Shown: piece after piece, positions 19,266-28,972 of the stretch
Layout of the letters: every line of letters starts with the position of its first letter
Position numbering within the stretch: position 1 is the first letter of the stretch
DNA from: a bacterium
Lineage (GTDB): Bacteria > UBP6 > UBA1177
DNA length: 64,000 nt
Direction: 5' to 3'
Assembly (NCBI GenBank): GCA_017963125.1
Contig: JAGCUA010000069.1
Coordinates: 87,723 to 151,722 of the forward strand
The notes under the pieces: model-generated
What the model saw: the letters and a program-made list of their open reading frames with translations, nothing else
Database searches by the model: none
What the model was told of the DNA's origin: nothing
Translations under genes and position numbers: made by a program

Positions 19266-20064
19266 GGAAAAGTGTGATTTCAACGAACTTTTTATTGAAC
19301 AGTTCGCCGACAGAGAACTCGATTACCTCGAAAGCGCAGAGGTCGCGGCACATTTGAAAGAATGTCACGAATGCCGCAGAAAATACGAGGCGATCATCGA
19401 AACGAAGAAGATCACTTCGGCATTTGCCGAAAACGAAAAACTTTCGATCATCGAAAAAGAGGGCCTTCTGAGGCTGATAGACAAGAAATCGCAACAAAAG
19501 CCGACACTTATCGAATCAATAAAAAATCTTTTTCAAAACCGCGCTGCAACTCTCGCCTTCTCTTTCTTCTCCTTCACATGCCTTGTTTTCGCATTCGTTT
19601 TCTCGATTTCCGGTGTGGAAAAAGATAACAGCATCATCATTGACGAGATAATGACAGCACATACTCAGGCACTGCCCGACGAATTCGGAAACAGTCAGGC
19701 GGCCCAGAACGAACTGAAAGAAAAATTCAAAACGGTGACATTCTCGGAATTTACAAAAAGACCGAAAATAAGCGGCAGATTCACTTCGATCGCCGCCACT
19801 CCGACAGCAAAAATAACGTTCGATTCAAACGAAGACAACATCCGCGGGACCCTCTTTCTCTCAAAACGCAACGAGCAGCTTGAGAAGCTTTTTTCGGGAA
19901 GCGACTGCCTCATTAAAAAAGACGACATCTGCAAAGCGCGTCACCGCAGCAACGGCGGGAAAGAGATGATCTACTGGCAGAATTCGGGGAACAACTACCT
20001 CATGGTCTCCGACGAAAGCAATGCCGCCGCAAAAATGGTTAAACTCATAAACACCAGCTTTTAA
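19258..20064 (+). CDS. anti-sigma factor (zf-HC2) with one TM helix
   Basis: Overlaps the sigma gene by 8 nt. HLKECHECRRKYE matches H-x3-C-x2-C. TM segment AATLAFSFFSFTCLVFAFVFSI. Confidence 0.8.
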   Translation: MLKEKCDFNELFIEQFADRELDYLESAEVAAHLKECHECRRKYEAIIETKKITSAFAENEKLSIIEKEGLLRLIDKKSQQKPTLIESIKNLFQNRAATLAFSFFSFTCLVFAFVFSISGVEKDNSIIIDEIMTAHTQALPDEFGNSQAAQNELKEKFKTVTFSEFTKRPKISGRFTSIAATPTAKITFDSNEDNIRGTLFLSKRNEQLEKLFSGSDCLIKKDDICKARHRSNGGKEMIYWQNSGNNYLMVSDESNAAAKMVKLINTSF

Positions 20065-20160
20065 AAAAACATCAAATTTATTCGGATAGAACGATCTTTT
20101 CTACCATTTTGAAAAAAACGTGCTAAAATCGCGGGCATTTTTGTAATTTTGGAGGAAAAA

Positions 20161-21357
20161 ATGAAAAAACTGCTTGCCGTTCTGGTCGTTTTTTTAGCTT
20201 TTGCGGCTTGTTCTAAAACACACGAAGGGATCGTTTCTGAAGAAGAAATGTCAAAAACAGCCGTAAAAACCGGAATAAAGCTGAATGACGGAAAAATCGA
20301 AATGCTCGGCTACTACACCGAACCGCGCAAACCGAGGCACGGAGAGCCTTTCAAACTCATTTCTTTCTGGCGCTTCAAAGAACAGATCCCGGAAGGCTAC
20401 CAGCTTTTCTTCCACTTTGAAAGCGAAGACGGCGAAGAGCGTTTCACGGCTGATCACGAGTTTTTAGACGGCAAAGTCAAAGAACTCGCTCTCGGCAAAA
20501 TCATCAAAGATGTCACGACCATAGACAAACTCCCGCTGACTTTCGATACCGACACTATGTTCATCCGCGGCGGATTCTTCAAGGATAAAGAACGCTTGGT
20601 GCCGGAAGAAAAATTCAACGACGGCAAAAACAGAATAAAGATCGGCAGCATAAAAATCACGAAACCGAACATCCTGAAAAAGCAGATGGAAGTTTACGTC
20701 ATCGCAGGAAATTCGCGCTCGCAGACAAAAATCGACGGCAAACTCGATGAAAGCTACTGGCTCAACTCGTCAAAAGATGACAAATTCTGGCTTTCCGACG
20801 GATCGGAGATCAGCCCTGTAAAAACTACGGTCATGTCTGTCATGGACCACAAATACCTTTACATCGGCTTCATCGCAAACGATGAGGACATATATGCCGA
20901 GCTCAAAAACAACGATGATCCGATTTACGACCACGATGATGTAGTTGAAATATTCATCGATCCGACGGGCACAGCTACTCCTTACTACGAAATTCAGGTT
21001 TCGGCGGCAGGAGTCAAATTCGACTCGAAATTCAGCGGCGGCAAACGCAAAAACAGAGATGATTCGTGGGATTCCGGCATAGTTTACGGCGTTTCTCTTA
21101 ACGGCACTCTCAACGAAGCTGCCGACAAAGACCTCAACTGGACTGCTGAAATCGCGATCCCGTGGAAATCGATCGTAAAAGAACCGCCCAAAGACGGTGA
21201 CAAATGGAAAGTTTTCTTCCACAGGATCAACCGCCATTCCAACAGCAAAAAAATACAGAAAGGCGATTTCTCATCGTGGACTCCGCCCTATTCCGGTGAC
21301 CTTCACAACATAAAATATATGGGTGACCTCGTTTTTGTCTATGAAGAAATTCTTTAG
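20161..21357 (+). CDS. lipoprotein with a C-terminal CBM9/DOMON-like carbohydrate-binding domain
   Basis: MKKLLAVLVVFLAFAAC lipobox. C-terminal DGKLDESYW...DDVVEIFIDPTG...YYEIQVSAAG...WTAEIAIPW resembles carbohydrate-binding family 9. Confidence 0.5.
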   Translation: MKKLLAVLVVFLAFAACSKTHEGIVSEEEMSKTAVKTGIKLNDGKIEMLGYYTEPRKPRHGEPFKLISFWRFKEQIPEGYQLFFHFESEDGEERFTADHEFLDGKVKELALGKIIKDVTTIDKLPLTFDTDTMFIRGGFFKDKERLVPEEKFNDGKNRIKIGSIKITKPNILKKQMEVYVIAGNSRSQTKIDGKLDESYWLNSSKDDKFWLSDGSEISPVKTTVMSVMDHKYLYIGFIANDEDIYAELKNNDDPIYDHDDVVEIFIDPTGTATPYYEIQVSAAGVKFDSKFSGGKRKNRDDSWDSGIVYGVSLNGTLNEAADKDLNWTAEIAIPWKSIVKEPPKDGDKWKVFFHRINRHSNSKKIQKGDFSSWTPPYSGDLHNIKYMGDLVFVYEEIL

Positions 21358-22138
21358 TATTTTCTTAATCTTACTTATTCTTCCTCAGGTTCTGCTCTTC
21401 GGGGACACTCTGAAAAACAAGATAATCCGTGAACGTATGGAAAAAGAGAAGGCAGAAGTGATTTTTGCCATGAAAGTCAACGATCAGGAGCTTGAAGTCG
21501 CGCAGAAATTAGCGTCAGACTCCCTCCTGAAATACAAAAAGCTCGTCTTTCTTGAAAAATCGTCGCGGATAATGAAGGAAAACTGCCTGAGCTTCGATTC
21601 CGAATGCATAAAATTCTATGATATTTCAATAGCTTACCTTTTAGACGAGCTGCACAAGACAAAGCTCGAACTCGACGGATACGAAAAGATCCTGAGCGAA
21701 AGCATAAAAAGAAAAAAGATCCTTGATGAAAAAATGGCGATGCTCGAAAAAGGAGTAGAGACCGAGATCGCTTCGATAAAAGTGAAAACGGTCATTCCCG
21801 AACTCAAAAAATTCTATAAATGCGCCAAAAAAAGCGGCTGGAACAGCGCCCGCGGAGTCTTCATCACGCCGGAACAGGCCGCAGCTCTTCCCTTCCCTGC
21901 TCTTGTAAAAGGCATCGATCCGATGAAAAAAGAAGGATATCTGCTCACTGCTGAACACAACGGCTATCAGCTCAATTTCGCATACGTCAAATCGCTGAAT
22001 GTGAAAAAAGATGAAACTGCCGAAGCTAACAGAAAACTTTTTTCAGCTGCCTCCGGTAACCCGGTGATCCAGGGCAAAGTCCTTCTTTTCATTACGAAAA
22101 ACAATCAGTTTATAAACCCGGCTTTTGTCTGCGAATAG
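21341..22138 (+). CDS. secreted coiled-coil protein with a degenerate LytM/M23-like C-terminus (EnvC-like)
   Basis: Signal peptide MKKFFSIFLILLILPQVLLFG, then a long heptad-rich region. The C-terminal GYLLTAEHNGYQLNFAYVKSLNVKKDE...GKVLLFITKNNQFINP resembles M23. I cannot find the HxxxD or HxH metal ligands. Confidence 0.4.
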   Translation: MKKFFSIFLILLILPQVLLFGDTLKNKIIRERMEKEKAEVIFAMKVNDQELEVAQKLASDSLLKYKKLVFLEKSSRIMKENCLSFDSECIKFYDISIAYLLDELHKTKLELDGYEKILSESIKRKKILDEKMAMLEKGVETEIASIKVKTVIPELKKFYKCAKKSGWNSARGVFITPEQAAALPFPALVKGIDPMKKEGYLLTAEHNGYQLNFAYVKSLNVKKDETAEANRKLFSAASGNPVIQGKVLLFITKNNQFINPAFVCE

Positions 22139-22146
22139 GAGTACGC

Positions 22147-23205
22147 TTGGAAGAATTCAGGACCGATCTCGTTAAATGGGGTTTTGACAGCTATTTCAGG
22201 GAGCTGGCGCTGAAAGAATCGGGAAACGGGCTGATCCCGGCACGTGTTATCGGTCACAACCGCCATTTTTATGACGTTGTCTGCGAAAAAGGCTTTTTTT
22301 CGGCAAAAACGAGCGGCTCTATAAGGTATAATTCAGTTCTGAAATCGGATCTTCCGGCTGTCGGCGACTGGGTAATGATCTCGCTGCGGCGCGACAAATC
22401 CTATATCTGCTCGATCCTTCCGAGAAAAAACTGCATATCGAGAAGGTGCAGCGGAAACGTCATTGACGAGCAGGTTTTGAGTTCAAATATCGACATCGTT
22501 TTCATCGTTATGTCAATGGATGAAAATTTCAACCTGAAACGCCTCCAGAGATATATTTCAGTAGCGGCCTCTTCAAAAATCAAGTCAGTGATTTTACTAA
22601 CGAAATCAGACGTCTGCAACGAAAGTTCAGAACTTCTTGAAGAGGTAAAAAAAGCGGTTCCCGACAAAGAGGTCTTTGCAATCTCATCATTCGATGAATC
22701 AACGGAAAAACTCTTGAAATCGTTTGTTCAGCCTGGTATTTCGGCAGTTTTCATCGGCTCGTCGGGAGTCGGCAAATCGACTTTGATAAACACTCTTTCA
22801 GGCTCTGCGATCCGCGTTACAGGCGAAATAAGCAGTGCCGTCCGCAAAGGACGCCACACTACATCGGCAAGAGAACTCATACTTCTCGCTTCGGGCGGCA
22901 TGGTCATCGACACTCCTGGAATGAGAGAAATTCAGAACTGGCAGGAGGAAGACGCTTCAGGTTTTGAAATCATCCGCGAACTTTCGCAGCAGTGCCGCTT
23001 TACCGACTGCCGCCACAAAACCGAACCGGGGTGTGCAGTGAAAGAGGCTGTCGAAAACGGAACTCTCTCAGCGGAAACGCTTGAAATGTGGTATAAGCAG
23101 CTTGAAGAATCGGAAGAACTGAAGCAGAAAAAGGCGGCTTCTCTCAAAATCCTCGAAACAAGAAGATCAAAAAGAAAGAAAAACAAAGATCAAAATATTG
23201 ACTAA
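22147..23205 (+). CDS. rsgA: ribosome small-subunit-dependent GTPase A
   Basis: TTG start after AGGAG. Circularly permuted GTPase (LTKSD, GSSGVGKSTLIN, DTPGMRE) and zinc knuckle CRFTDCRHKTEPGC. Confidence 0.9.
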   Translation: MEEFRTDLVKWGFDSYFRELALKESGNGLIPARVIGHNRHFYDVVCEKGFFSAKTSGSIRYNSVLKSDLPAVGDWVMISLRRDKSYICSILPRKNCISRRCSGNVIDEQVLSSNIDIVFIVMSMDENFNLKRLQRYISVAASSKIKSVILLTKSDVCNESSELLEEVKKAVPDKEVFAISSFDESTEKLLKSFVQPGISAVFIGSSGVGKSTLINTLSGSAIRVTGEISSAVRKGRHTTSARELILLASGGMVIDTPGMREIQNWQEEDASGFEIIRELSQQCRFTDCRHKTEPGCAVKEAVENGTLSAETLEMWYKQLEESEELKQKKAASLKILETRRSKRKKNKDQNID

Positions 23206-23257
23206 AGGGCTTTTTTTCCCTAAATTCCAAAGGTTTTTTAATTTTTTGGAGGAATAA

Positions 23258-25255
23258 ATGTCAGAAAATCAGGAACAGATCAAAGGAATTCCGGAGAATG
23301 CGTTCAGGGAACTCAAGGAAGGCGAGGTTTTCGAACCGCTGATGTCTCCGAAAAAAGTTTATCCCGAAATCACCCCGTGGTCGGTTGTCTGGGGTCTTGT
23401 AATGGCTGCCGTTTTCTCGGCTGCAGCGGCTTACCTGGGCCTTAAGATCGGACAGGTTTTCGAAGCTGCGATCCCGATCGCGATCATCGCAATAGCTCTT
23501 TCTACAGTTTTCAAGAGAAAGAACGCTCTCGGCGAAAATGTCATAATCCAGTCGATAGGCGCATGCTCGGGCGTTATCGTCGCAGGTGCGATATTCACAC
23601 TTCCGGCGCTTTACATCCTTCAGGCGAAATATCCCGATATCGAAGTCGATTTCATCCAGATTTTCTTCTCGTCGCTTCTCGGCGGATTTCTTGGAATCCT
23701 CTTCCTTATCCCCTTCCGCAAATACTTTGTAGCCGATATGCACGGAAAATACCCTTTCCCTGAAGCTACGGCGACGACTCAGGTCCTTGTCAGCGGCGAA
23801 AAAGGCGGCAACCAGGCAAAAGTTCTTCTCATCGCAGGTCTTGTCGGCGGTCTTTACGACTTCATAATCGCTAATTTCGGCGCATGGGCAGAGACAGTTT
23901 CGACCAGAATCGTAGGATTCGGCGAAACTCTTGCCAAAGACTACAAACTTATCTTCAAAACAAATACCGGTGCTGCTGTAATGGGTCTCGGTTATATCGT
24001 CGGCCTCAAATACGCGGCGATAATCTGTGCAGGTTCTTTCATCGGCTGGTTCGTAATAATCCCGATAATCGCCCACTTTGCTTCCGGCATGACGCAGCCT
24101 GTAGGCGCGAACATCACTCTCACGATCGCACAGATGTCGCCTGAGCAGATTTTTGCGAACTATGTCAGACCTGTCGGCATCGGCGGCATCGCTATGGCTG
24201 GAATGATCGGAATCTGGCGTTCAAAAGGAATAATTCTTCAGGCTTTCGGCCTCGCAGTCAGAGAACTCGGCGGCAAAGGCAAAGGCAAAAACACCGAAAT
24301 GCTCCGCACACAGAAGGATATCTCGATGAAGATCATCGTTTTCGGTATCCTTGCACTCACCGTTCTTGTTTTCGTATTCTTCCAGTTCGGCGTTGTTCAC
24401 AATCTTACCCATGCGATCGTCGGACTTGCGATAGTTATGATAATCGCATTCCTCTTCACGACTGTCGCAGCCAACGCGATCGCGATCGTCGGCTCCAACC
24501 CGGTTTCGGGCATGACGCTCATGACGCTCATCATCGCTTCATTCATCATGGTTGCGGTAGGTCTTAAAGGAACTGCCGGAATGGTAGCAGCGCTCGTTAT
24601 CGGCGGCGTTGTCTGCACGGCTCTTTCGACTGCCGGCGGCTTCATCACCGACCTCAAGATCGGCTATTGGCTCGGTACATCGCCTTACAAACAGGAAACA
24701 TGGAAGTTCCTCGGCGTTCTCGTTTCGGCGGCTACTGTCGGCGGCGTTATCATGGTTCTCAACAAAACCTACGGATTCACCGGCGACAACGCTCTCGTCG
24801 CTCCGCAGGCAAACGCAATGGCAGCAGTTATCGAGCCTCTCATGTCGGGTGATCCGGCTCCGTGGATGCTTTACGGCGCAGGTGCGGCTCTCGCGCTTAT
24901 CCTCACCTCGATCGGCGTTCCGGCGCTTGCTTTCGCGCTCGGCATGTTCATTCCGCTTGACCTCAACGTTCCGATACTTATCGGCGGACTCATCAACGAA
25001 TTCGTAATCACCCGCTCGAAAGACGAAAAACTCAACAACGCACGCCAGGAACAGGGAACACTCATCGCTTCCGGATTCATCGCAGGCGGTGCTCTGATGG
25101 GTGTCCTTGCAGCTATACTCAAATTCGTCGGACTTGACTTCTTCATGGCCGAATGGGCTGAGTCCAACGGCGCACAGTGGCTCGCGATCGTTATGTTCCT
25201 CGTTCTCTGCGCTTACATGATCTGGCACACTCTCAAAGCTAAAGTCGAAGAATAA
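23258..25255 (+). CDS. OPT-family oligopeptide transporter
   Basis: 665 aa with roughly 15 TM helices. N-terminal ITPWSVVWGLVMAAVFSAAAAYLGLKIGQ pattern typical of bacterial OPT proteins. Confidence 0.7.
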   Translation: MSENQEQIKGIPENAFRELKEGEVFEPLMSPKKVYPEITPWSVVWGLVMAAVFSAAAAYLGLKIGQVFEAAIPIAIIAIALSTVFKRKNALGENVIIQSIGACSGVIVAGAIFTLPALYILQAKYPDIEVDFIQIFFSSLLGGFLGILFLIPFRKYFVADMHGKYPFPEATATTQVLVSGEKGGNQAKVLLIAGLVGGLYDFIIANFGAWAETVSTRIVGFGETLAKDYKLIFKTNTGAAVMGLGYIVGLKYAAIICAGSFIGWFVIIPIIAHFASGMTQPVGANITLTIAQMSPEQIFANYVRPVGIGGIAMAGMIGIWRSKGIILQAFGLAVRELGGKGKGKNTEMLRTQKDISMKIIVFGILALTVLVFVFFQFGVVHNLTHAIVGLAIVMIIAFLFTTVAANAIAIVGSNPVSGMTLMTLIIASFIMVAVGLKGTAGMVAALVIGGVVCTALSTAGGFITDLKIGYWLGTSPYKQETWKFLGVLVSAATVGGVIMVLNKTYGFTGDNALVAPQANAMAAVIEPLMSGDPAPWMLYGAGAALALILTSIGVPALAFALGMFIPLDLNVPILIGGLINEFVITRSKDEKLNNARQEQGTLIASGFIAGGALMGVLAAILKFVGLDFFMAEWAESNGAQWLAIVMFLVLCAYMIWHTLKAKVEE

Positions 25256-25281
25256 GTTTCAACAAAAGGAGTTCAGGCTCT

Positions 25282-27072
25282 ATGTTCCAGAAAAATAAAA
25301 AAATTCTCATTCTCTTTTTCATCATTGTCGCAGTTGCAGTATCTGCGCTGCTTTGGAAAGGAGAAGAAAAGAAAAAGATCCCTGAAAAGGATGTTGTCGT
25401 AATTTACACGAACGATATCCACACCTACATCAAAAACCGCGACACAAGCGATGAAAAGAAGGCAAAAGCCCTCTCCTACTCTGCCATTTCGGCTTTAAAA
25501 GAAGACATCGCATCTCAGGGAAAGGAAGTGATCCTCGTTGATGCAGGCGACCACATTCAGGGCACGGCTTACGGCGACATGGACAAAGGTGCGACAATAA
25601 TCCAGATGATGAACGAAACAGGATACGACATTGCAACTATCGGCAACCATGAGTTCGATTACGGCATCGCGAGGATCCTTGAGCTGGTAAACAAAGCGGA
25701 ATTCACTTACCTTTCATGCAATTTTTACAAAACAGATGACGCAAAACTCGTTCTTCCAGCTTACAAAATTGTTGAAAAAGGCGGGGTAAAAATCGCTTTC
25801 GTCGGAATATCGACACCCGAAAGCATTACGAAATCGACCCCTACTTTCTTCATGGATAAGGACGGAAATCTGATTTACAATTTCTATTCGGCCGAAGACG
25901 GAAGTGATCTCTACGCTTCAGTCCAAAAGGCCATTGACGAAGCAAAACCTCAGGCTGATTACGTCATCGCGCTCGGACATCTTGGCGTTGACATATCGTC
26001 GGTTCCATACACGAGCAGAGAGGTCATTCAGCATACTCACGGGTTTGACGCATTCATCGACGGGCACTCCCACACACTCATCGAGCACGAGTATGTTCAG
26101 GATTTGAACGGTAAAGATGTCCTTCTGACACAGACAGGCGCTTATTTCAAGGGCGTCGGAGTAATGACTATCGCTCAAGACGGAACGATTTCGACCGAAG
26201 TGCTGCACGAATACGGCAGACAGAACGAGTTCGTCACCGAAACCGAACAGGGCTGGATCAAGACGATAGACGAAAAATTAGGCGAAAAAATCGCAGTTTT
26301 CGACACAAAAATGTTCGTCATGGACCCGAAAAATCCGGCACAGAGAATAGTCAGATGTCAGGAAACCAATTTGGGAGACTTAACGGCAGATTCCTTCTAC
26401 TACTTCTTCAACGAAAAGCTGAAACTTGACTGCGACATCGCATTTTCAAACGGCGGCGGGATCAGAAACGGCATAAATCAGGGTGATGTTTCATATTTTT
26501 CGGCAAAAACTGTATTCCCGTTCGGCAACCAGCTCTGTGTCGTCGAAGCGACCGGTCAGCAGATCTTAGACGCTCTTGAAAAAGGGGCAATGTTTGCCGG
26601 AATATACGATGAAACCAAACATGTTCCGGCTGAATCAGGCGGATTTCTTCATGTCGCAGGAATGAAATACGAAATCGATTCCACAATCGAATCCACTGTT
26701 CAGATGGATGGTAACGGGATCTGGCTCGGTGCACCGACCGGAAAATACAAAGTCGGAAACGTTCAGGTCTACAACCGCGAAACTGCCGAATACGAACCGC
26801 TGGATCTTGAAAAACATTACCGCCTGGCCGGAGCAAACTACATACTCAAGAATTTAGGCGACGGAATGGCGATGTTCAAAGGGATCGTTCCGATCCTGGA
26901 CTTCGTCGGCGAGGACTACATCATTCTGGCCGACTACTTCAAATCATTCAAAAAGGGCAAAGACAAATTTCCGCACATTTCGACAAAAAACAGCCCTCTC
27001 AAAGCCTACAAAAACTATCTTCTCGACTACGAAAATCCGTTCGGTTCGGGAAGAATCGAGATCAACAAATAA
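25282..27072 (+). CDS. membrane-anchored bifunctional metallophosphatase / 5'-nucleotidase
   Basis: N-terminal TM helix. Calcineurin-like motifs NDIHTY, DAGDHIQG, GNHEFDYG, then a 5'-nucleotidase C-terminal domain. Confidence 0.85.
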   Translation: MFQKNKKILILFFIIVAVAVSALLWKGEEKKKIPEKDVVVIYTNDIHTYIKNRDTSDEKKAKALSYSAISALKEDIASQGKEVILVDAGDHIQGTAYGDMDKGATIIQMMNETGYDIATIGNHEFDYGIARILELVNKAEFTYLSCNFYKTDDAKLVLPAYKIVEKGGVKIAFVGISTPESITKSTPTFFMDKDGNLIYNFYSAEDGSDLYASVQKAIDEAKPQADYVIALGHLGVDISSVPYTSREVIQHTHGFDAFIDGHSHTLIEHEYVQDLNGKDVLLTQTGAYFKGVGVMTIAQDGTISTEVLHEYGRQNEFVTETEQGWIKTIDEKLGEKIAVFDTKMFVMDPKNPAQRIVRCQETNLGDLTADSFYYFFNEKLKLDCDIAFSNGGGIRNGINQGDVSYFSAKTVFPFGNQLCVVEATGQQILDALEKGAMFAGIYDETKHVPAESGGFLHVAGMKYEIDSTIESTVQMDGNGIWLGAPTGKYKVGNVQVYNRETAEYEPLDLEKHYRLAGANYILKNLGDGMAMFKGIVPILDFVGEDYIILADYFKSFKKGKDKFPHISTKNSPLKAYKNYLLDYENPFGSGRIEINK

Positions 27073-27099
27073 CAATCTGCTGCTGCACGCGAGGTTTCG

Positions 27100-28056
27100 A
27101 TGAAAGTCTTCAGATCTTTGGAATCAGTTCCGAAAGAGGCAGGAATTTCTCTTGCAATAGGAAACTTCGACGGAGTTCATCTCGGTCACGCCGAAATAAT
27201 CAGGCAGTGTCAATCCGAAAATTCGTGCAGATCGGCTATTCTGACCTTCGATATTCACCCGAGAAAGTTCCTTTATCCTGACTTTGCACCGAAATCACTG
27301 ACTCTGCCGTTTGAAAAATATGCGTTTTTCGAAACCTTGGGAGTCGATTTCGTGATCGAGCTTCCGTTTGCTGAATACTATTCGATGGATGCGCTGAAAT
27401 TTTTAGACACTTTGAAGACGAATCTCAACTTGAAGCAGATCACTATCGGATTCAACTTTTTCTTCGGCAAAAATCAGAAAGGAAACGCTGAGATAGCATT
27501 CTGGTGGGGACGTTCCGCCGGTGTCAAGATAAATGTCGTCCAGCCGTTCCTGAAAAACGGGACGCGCGTCAGCTCGAGTGCGATACGCGAACTGATCTTA
27601 TCGGGTCACATGAAAAACGCAGCTTCGCTCTTAGTCTACCCGTTTCTCATCAGCGGAACGGTCAGACGCGGCAAACAGATAGGCAGAACGCTCAACTTCC
27701 CCACTCTCAACCTTGAAACTCCGGACAAAATCATGCCGCCCGACGGTGTCTACATAACGCAGACTGTGTTTGACGGCAAACAGTTCAATTCCCTCACAAA
27801 CATCGGAACAAACCCGACGATAGACGCCGAATCGAAGCAGAAAATCATCGAAACATGGGTCGATTCCGAAGAAATCGGAGAACTTTACGACAAAAAAATT
27901 TCTGTCTATTTCCTGAAAAAAGTAAGGGAAGAAATCAGATTTTCTTCAAAAGAAAAACTGGCAGAAACGATCTCTCACGACAAAGAAGTCTGTCGCAAGT
28001 TTATAGAATCGAATAAAATCAAAGAGTTACCGGATATTTTTCAGAATATCGACTGA
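27100..28056 (+). CDS. ribF: bifunctional riboflavin kinase / FAD synthetase
   Basis: GNFDGVHLGH adenylyltransferase motif and C-terminal RGKQIGRTLNFPTLNL kinase motif. Confidence 0.93.
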   Translation: MKVFRSLESVPKEAGISLAIGNFDGVHLGHAEIIRQCQSENSCRSAILTFDIHPRKFLYPDFAPKSLTLPFEKYAFFETLGVDFVIELPFAEYYSMDALKFLDTLKTNLNLKQITIGFNFFFGKNQKGNAEIAFWWGRSAGVKINVVQPFLKNGTRVSSSAIRELILSGHMKNAASLLVYPFLISGTVRRGKQIGRTLNFPTLNLETPDKIMPPDGVYITQTVFDGKQFNSLTNIGTNPTIDAESKQKIIETWVDSEEIGELYDKKISVYFLKKVREEIRFSSKEKLAETISHDKEVCRKFIESNKIKELPDIFQNID

Positions 28057-28830
28057 TTATTCGCAAGCGGGATAAGGAAGATATGCAGCACCCGCTGCAG
28101 GATCAAGCAGATCGCCGTTTGCGTTCATTGTAAGGTTGCTGCCGTCGTTTGCTATGACTTCGTAGTTTCCTACATTGGTCACAGTGCGGACACATTTGAT
28201 CTCAAACTGACCACCGGTGATATTGACTGTCATGTCACCGTAGAAAGCATACATATTTGCGGCTGCCAGAGTTCCTGAACCGGCTTCAATATTCTGCGGC
28301 ATGCTTATACCGAAAACCTGTTTGTTCGAAGTTCCCTGAAGATCTCCGAGACCGAAACTGTCAAGCCATACAATGACGATATTTCCGCTGTTGACCATAG
28401 TCATCGGGAAAAGATCTATACCGATGTTGATCTTACCGAAAGATATCGCCTGACCGTTGTAAACAAAATCTGCCGAACCTTCTCCGCCGCGGCTCTGCAT
28501 ATTTACTTCCGTATTGATCTGTCCTGTATAGCTGAGATTGAATGTGCCGATAACTTCGAATCCCGGATTTACAGGATCATTGTTCTCGTCAGGCTCCACA
28601 GGTTCCTCTGTTTCATCGGGTTCTTCAGTGACATCATCGGTCTGATTTTCGTCATTTTCCTCGACGATATCTTCATCATTTACGACTTCTGCATCTTCAT
28701 CCGCAGCATTTTCATCATCAATGTCTGAAACCTCTTCGTTGTCATCAATAGTAGCCGGCTTCGGATCTTCATCTCCGCAACCTATGAACAAAAAAGCGGC
28801 AGCAAAAACCAAAATAAAAACTTTTTTCAT
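28057..28830 (-). CDS. lipoprotein with an acidic low-complexity linker and a beta-rich C-terminal domain
   Basis: MKKVFILVFAAAFLFIGC lipobox. About 70 residues of D/E/N-rich sequence. The C-terminal domain belongs to no recognised family. Its stop abuts the ribF stop with zero spacing. Confidence 0.65.
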   Translation of the reverse strand: MKKVFILVFAAAFLFIGCGDEDPKPATIDDNEEVSDIDDENAADEDAEVVNDEDIVEENDENQTDDVTEEPDETEEPVEPDENNDPVNPGFEVIGTFNLSYTGQINTEVNMQSRGGEGSADFVYNGQAISFGKINIGIDLFPMTMVNSGNIVIVWLDSFGLGDLQGTSNKQVFGISMPQNIEAGSGTLAAANMYAFYGDMTVNITGGQFEIKCVRTVTNVGNYEVIANDGSNLTMNANGDLLDPAAGAAYLPYPACE

Positions 28831-28972
28831 AATTTACCTCCAAAAATCAAAAAAACCGGAGCATCATATTCCGTTTTAAAGAAAAATCCACATACTCCCG
28901 AATCGATGCCTCAGACTTTACTTTTTGCAACGAAGCCACTAATATGCGGCTGTTTTTTCGGAGGAGAAAGGT

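Noticed and set aside
28560-28760. Repetitive-looking DNA that could suggest a tandem repeat or CRISPR-like array.
   Set aside because: It is the in-frame D/E/N-rich linker of the lipoprotein gene. It is low-complexity codon repetition with no regular repeat-spacer periodicity. No CRISPR array was seen anywhere in the window.
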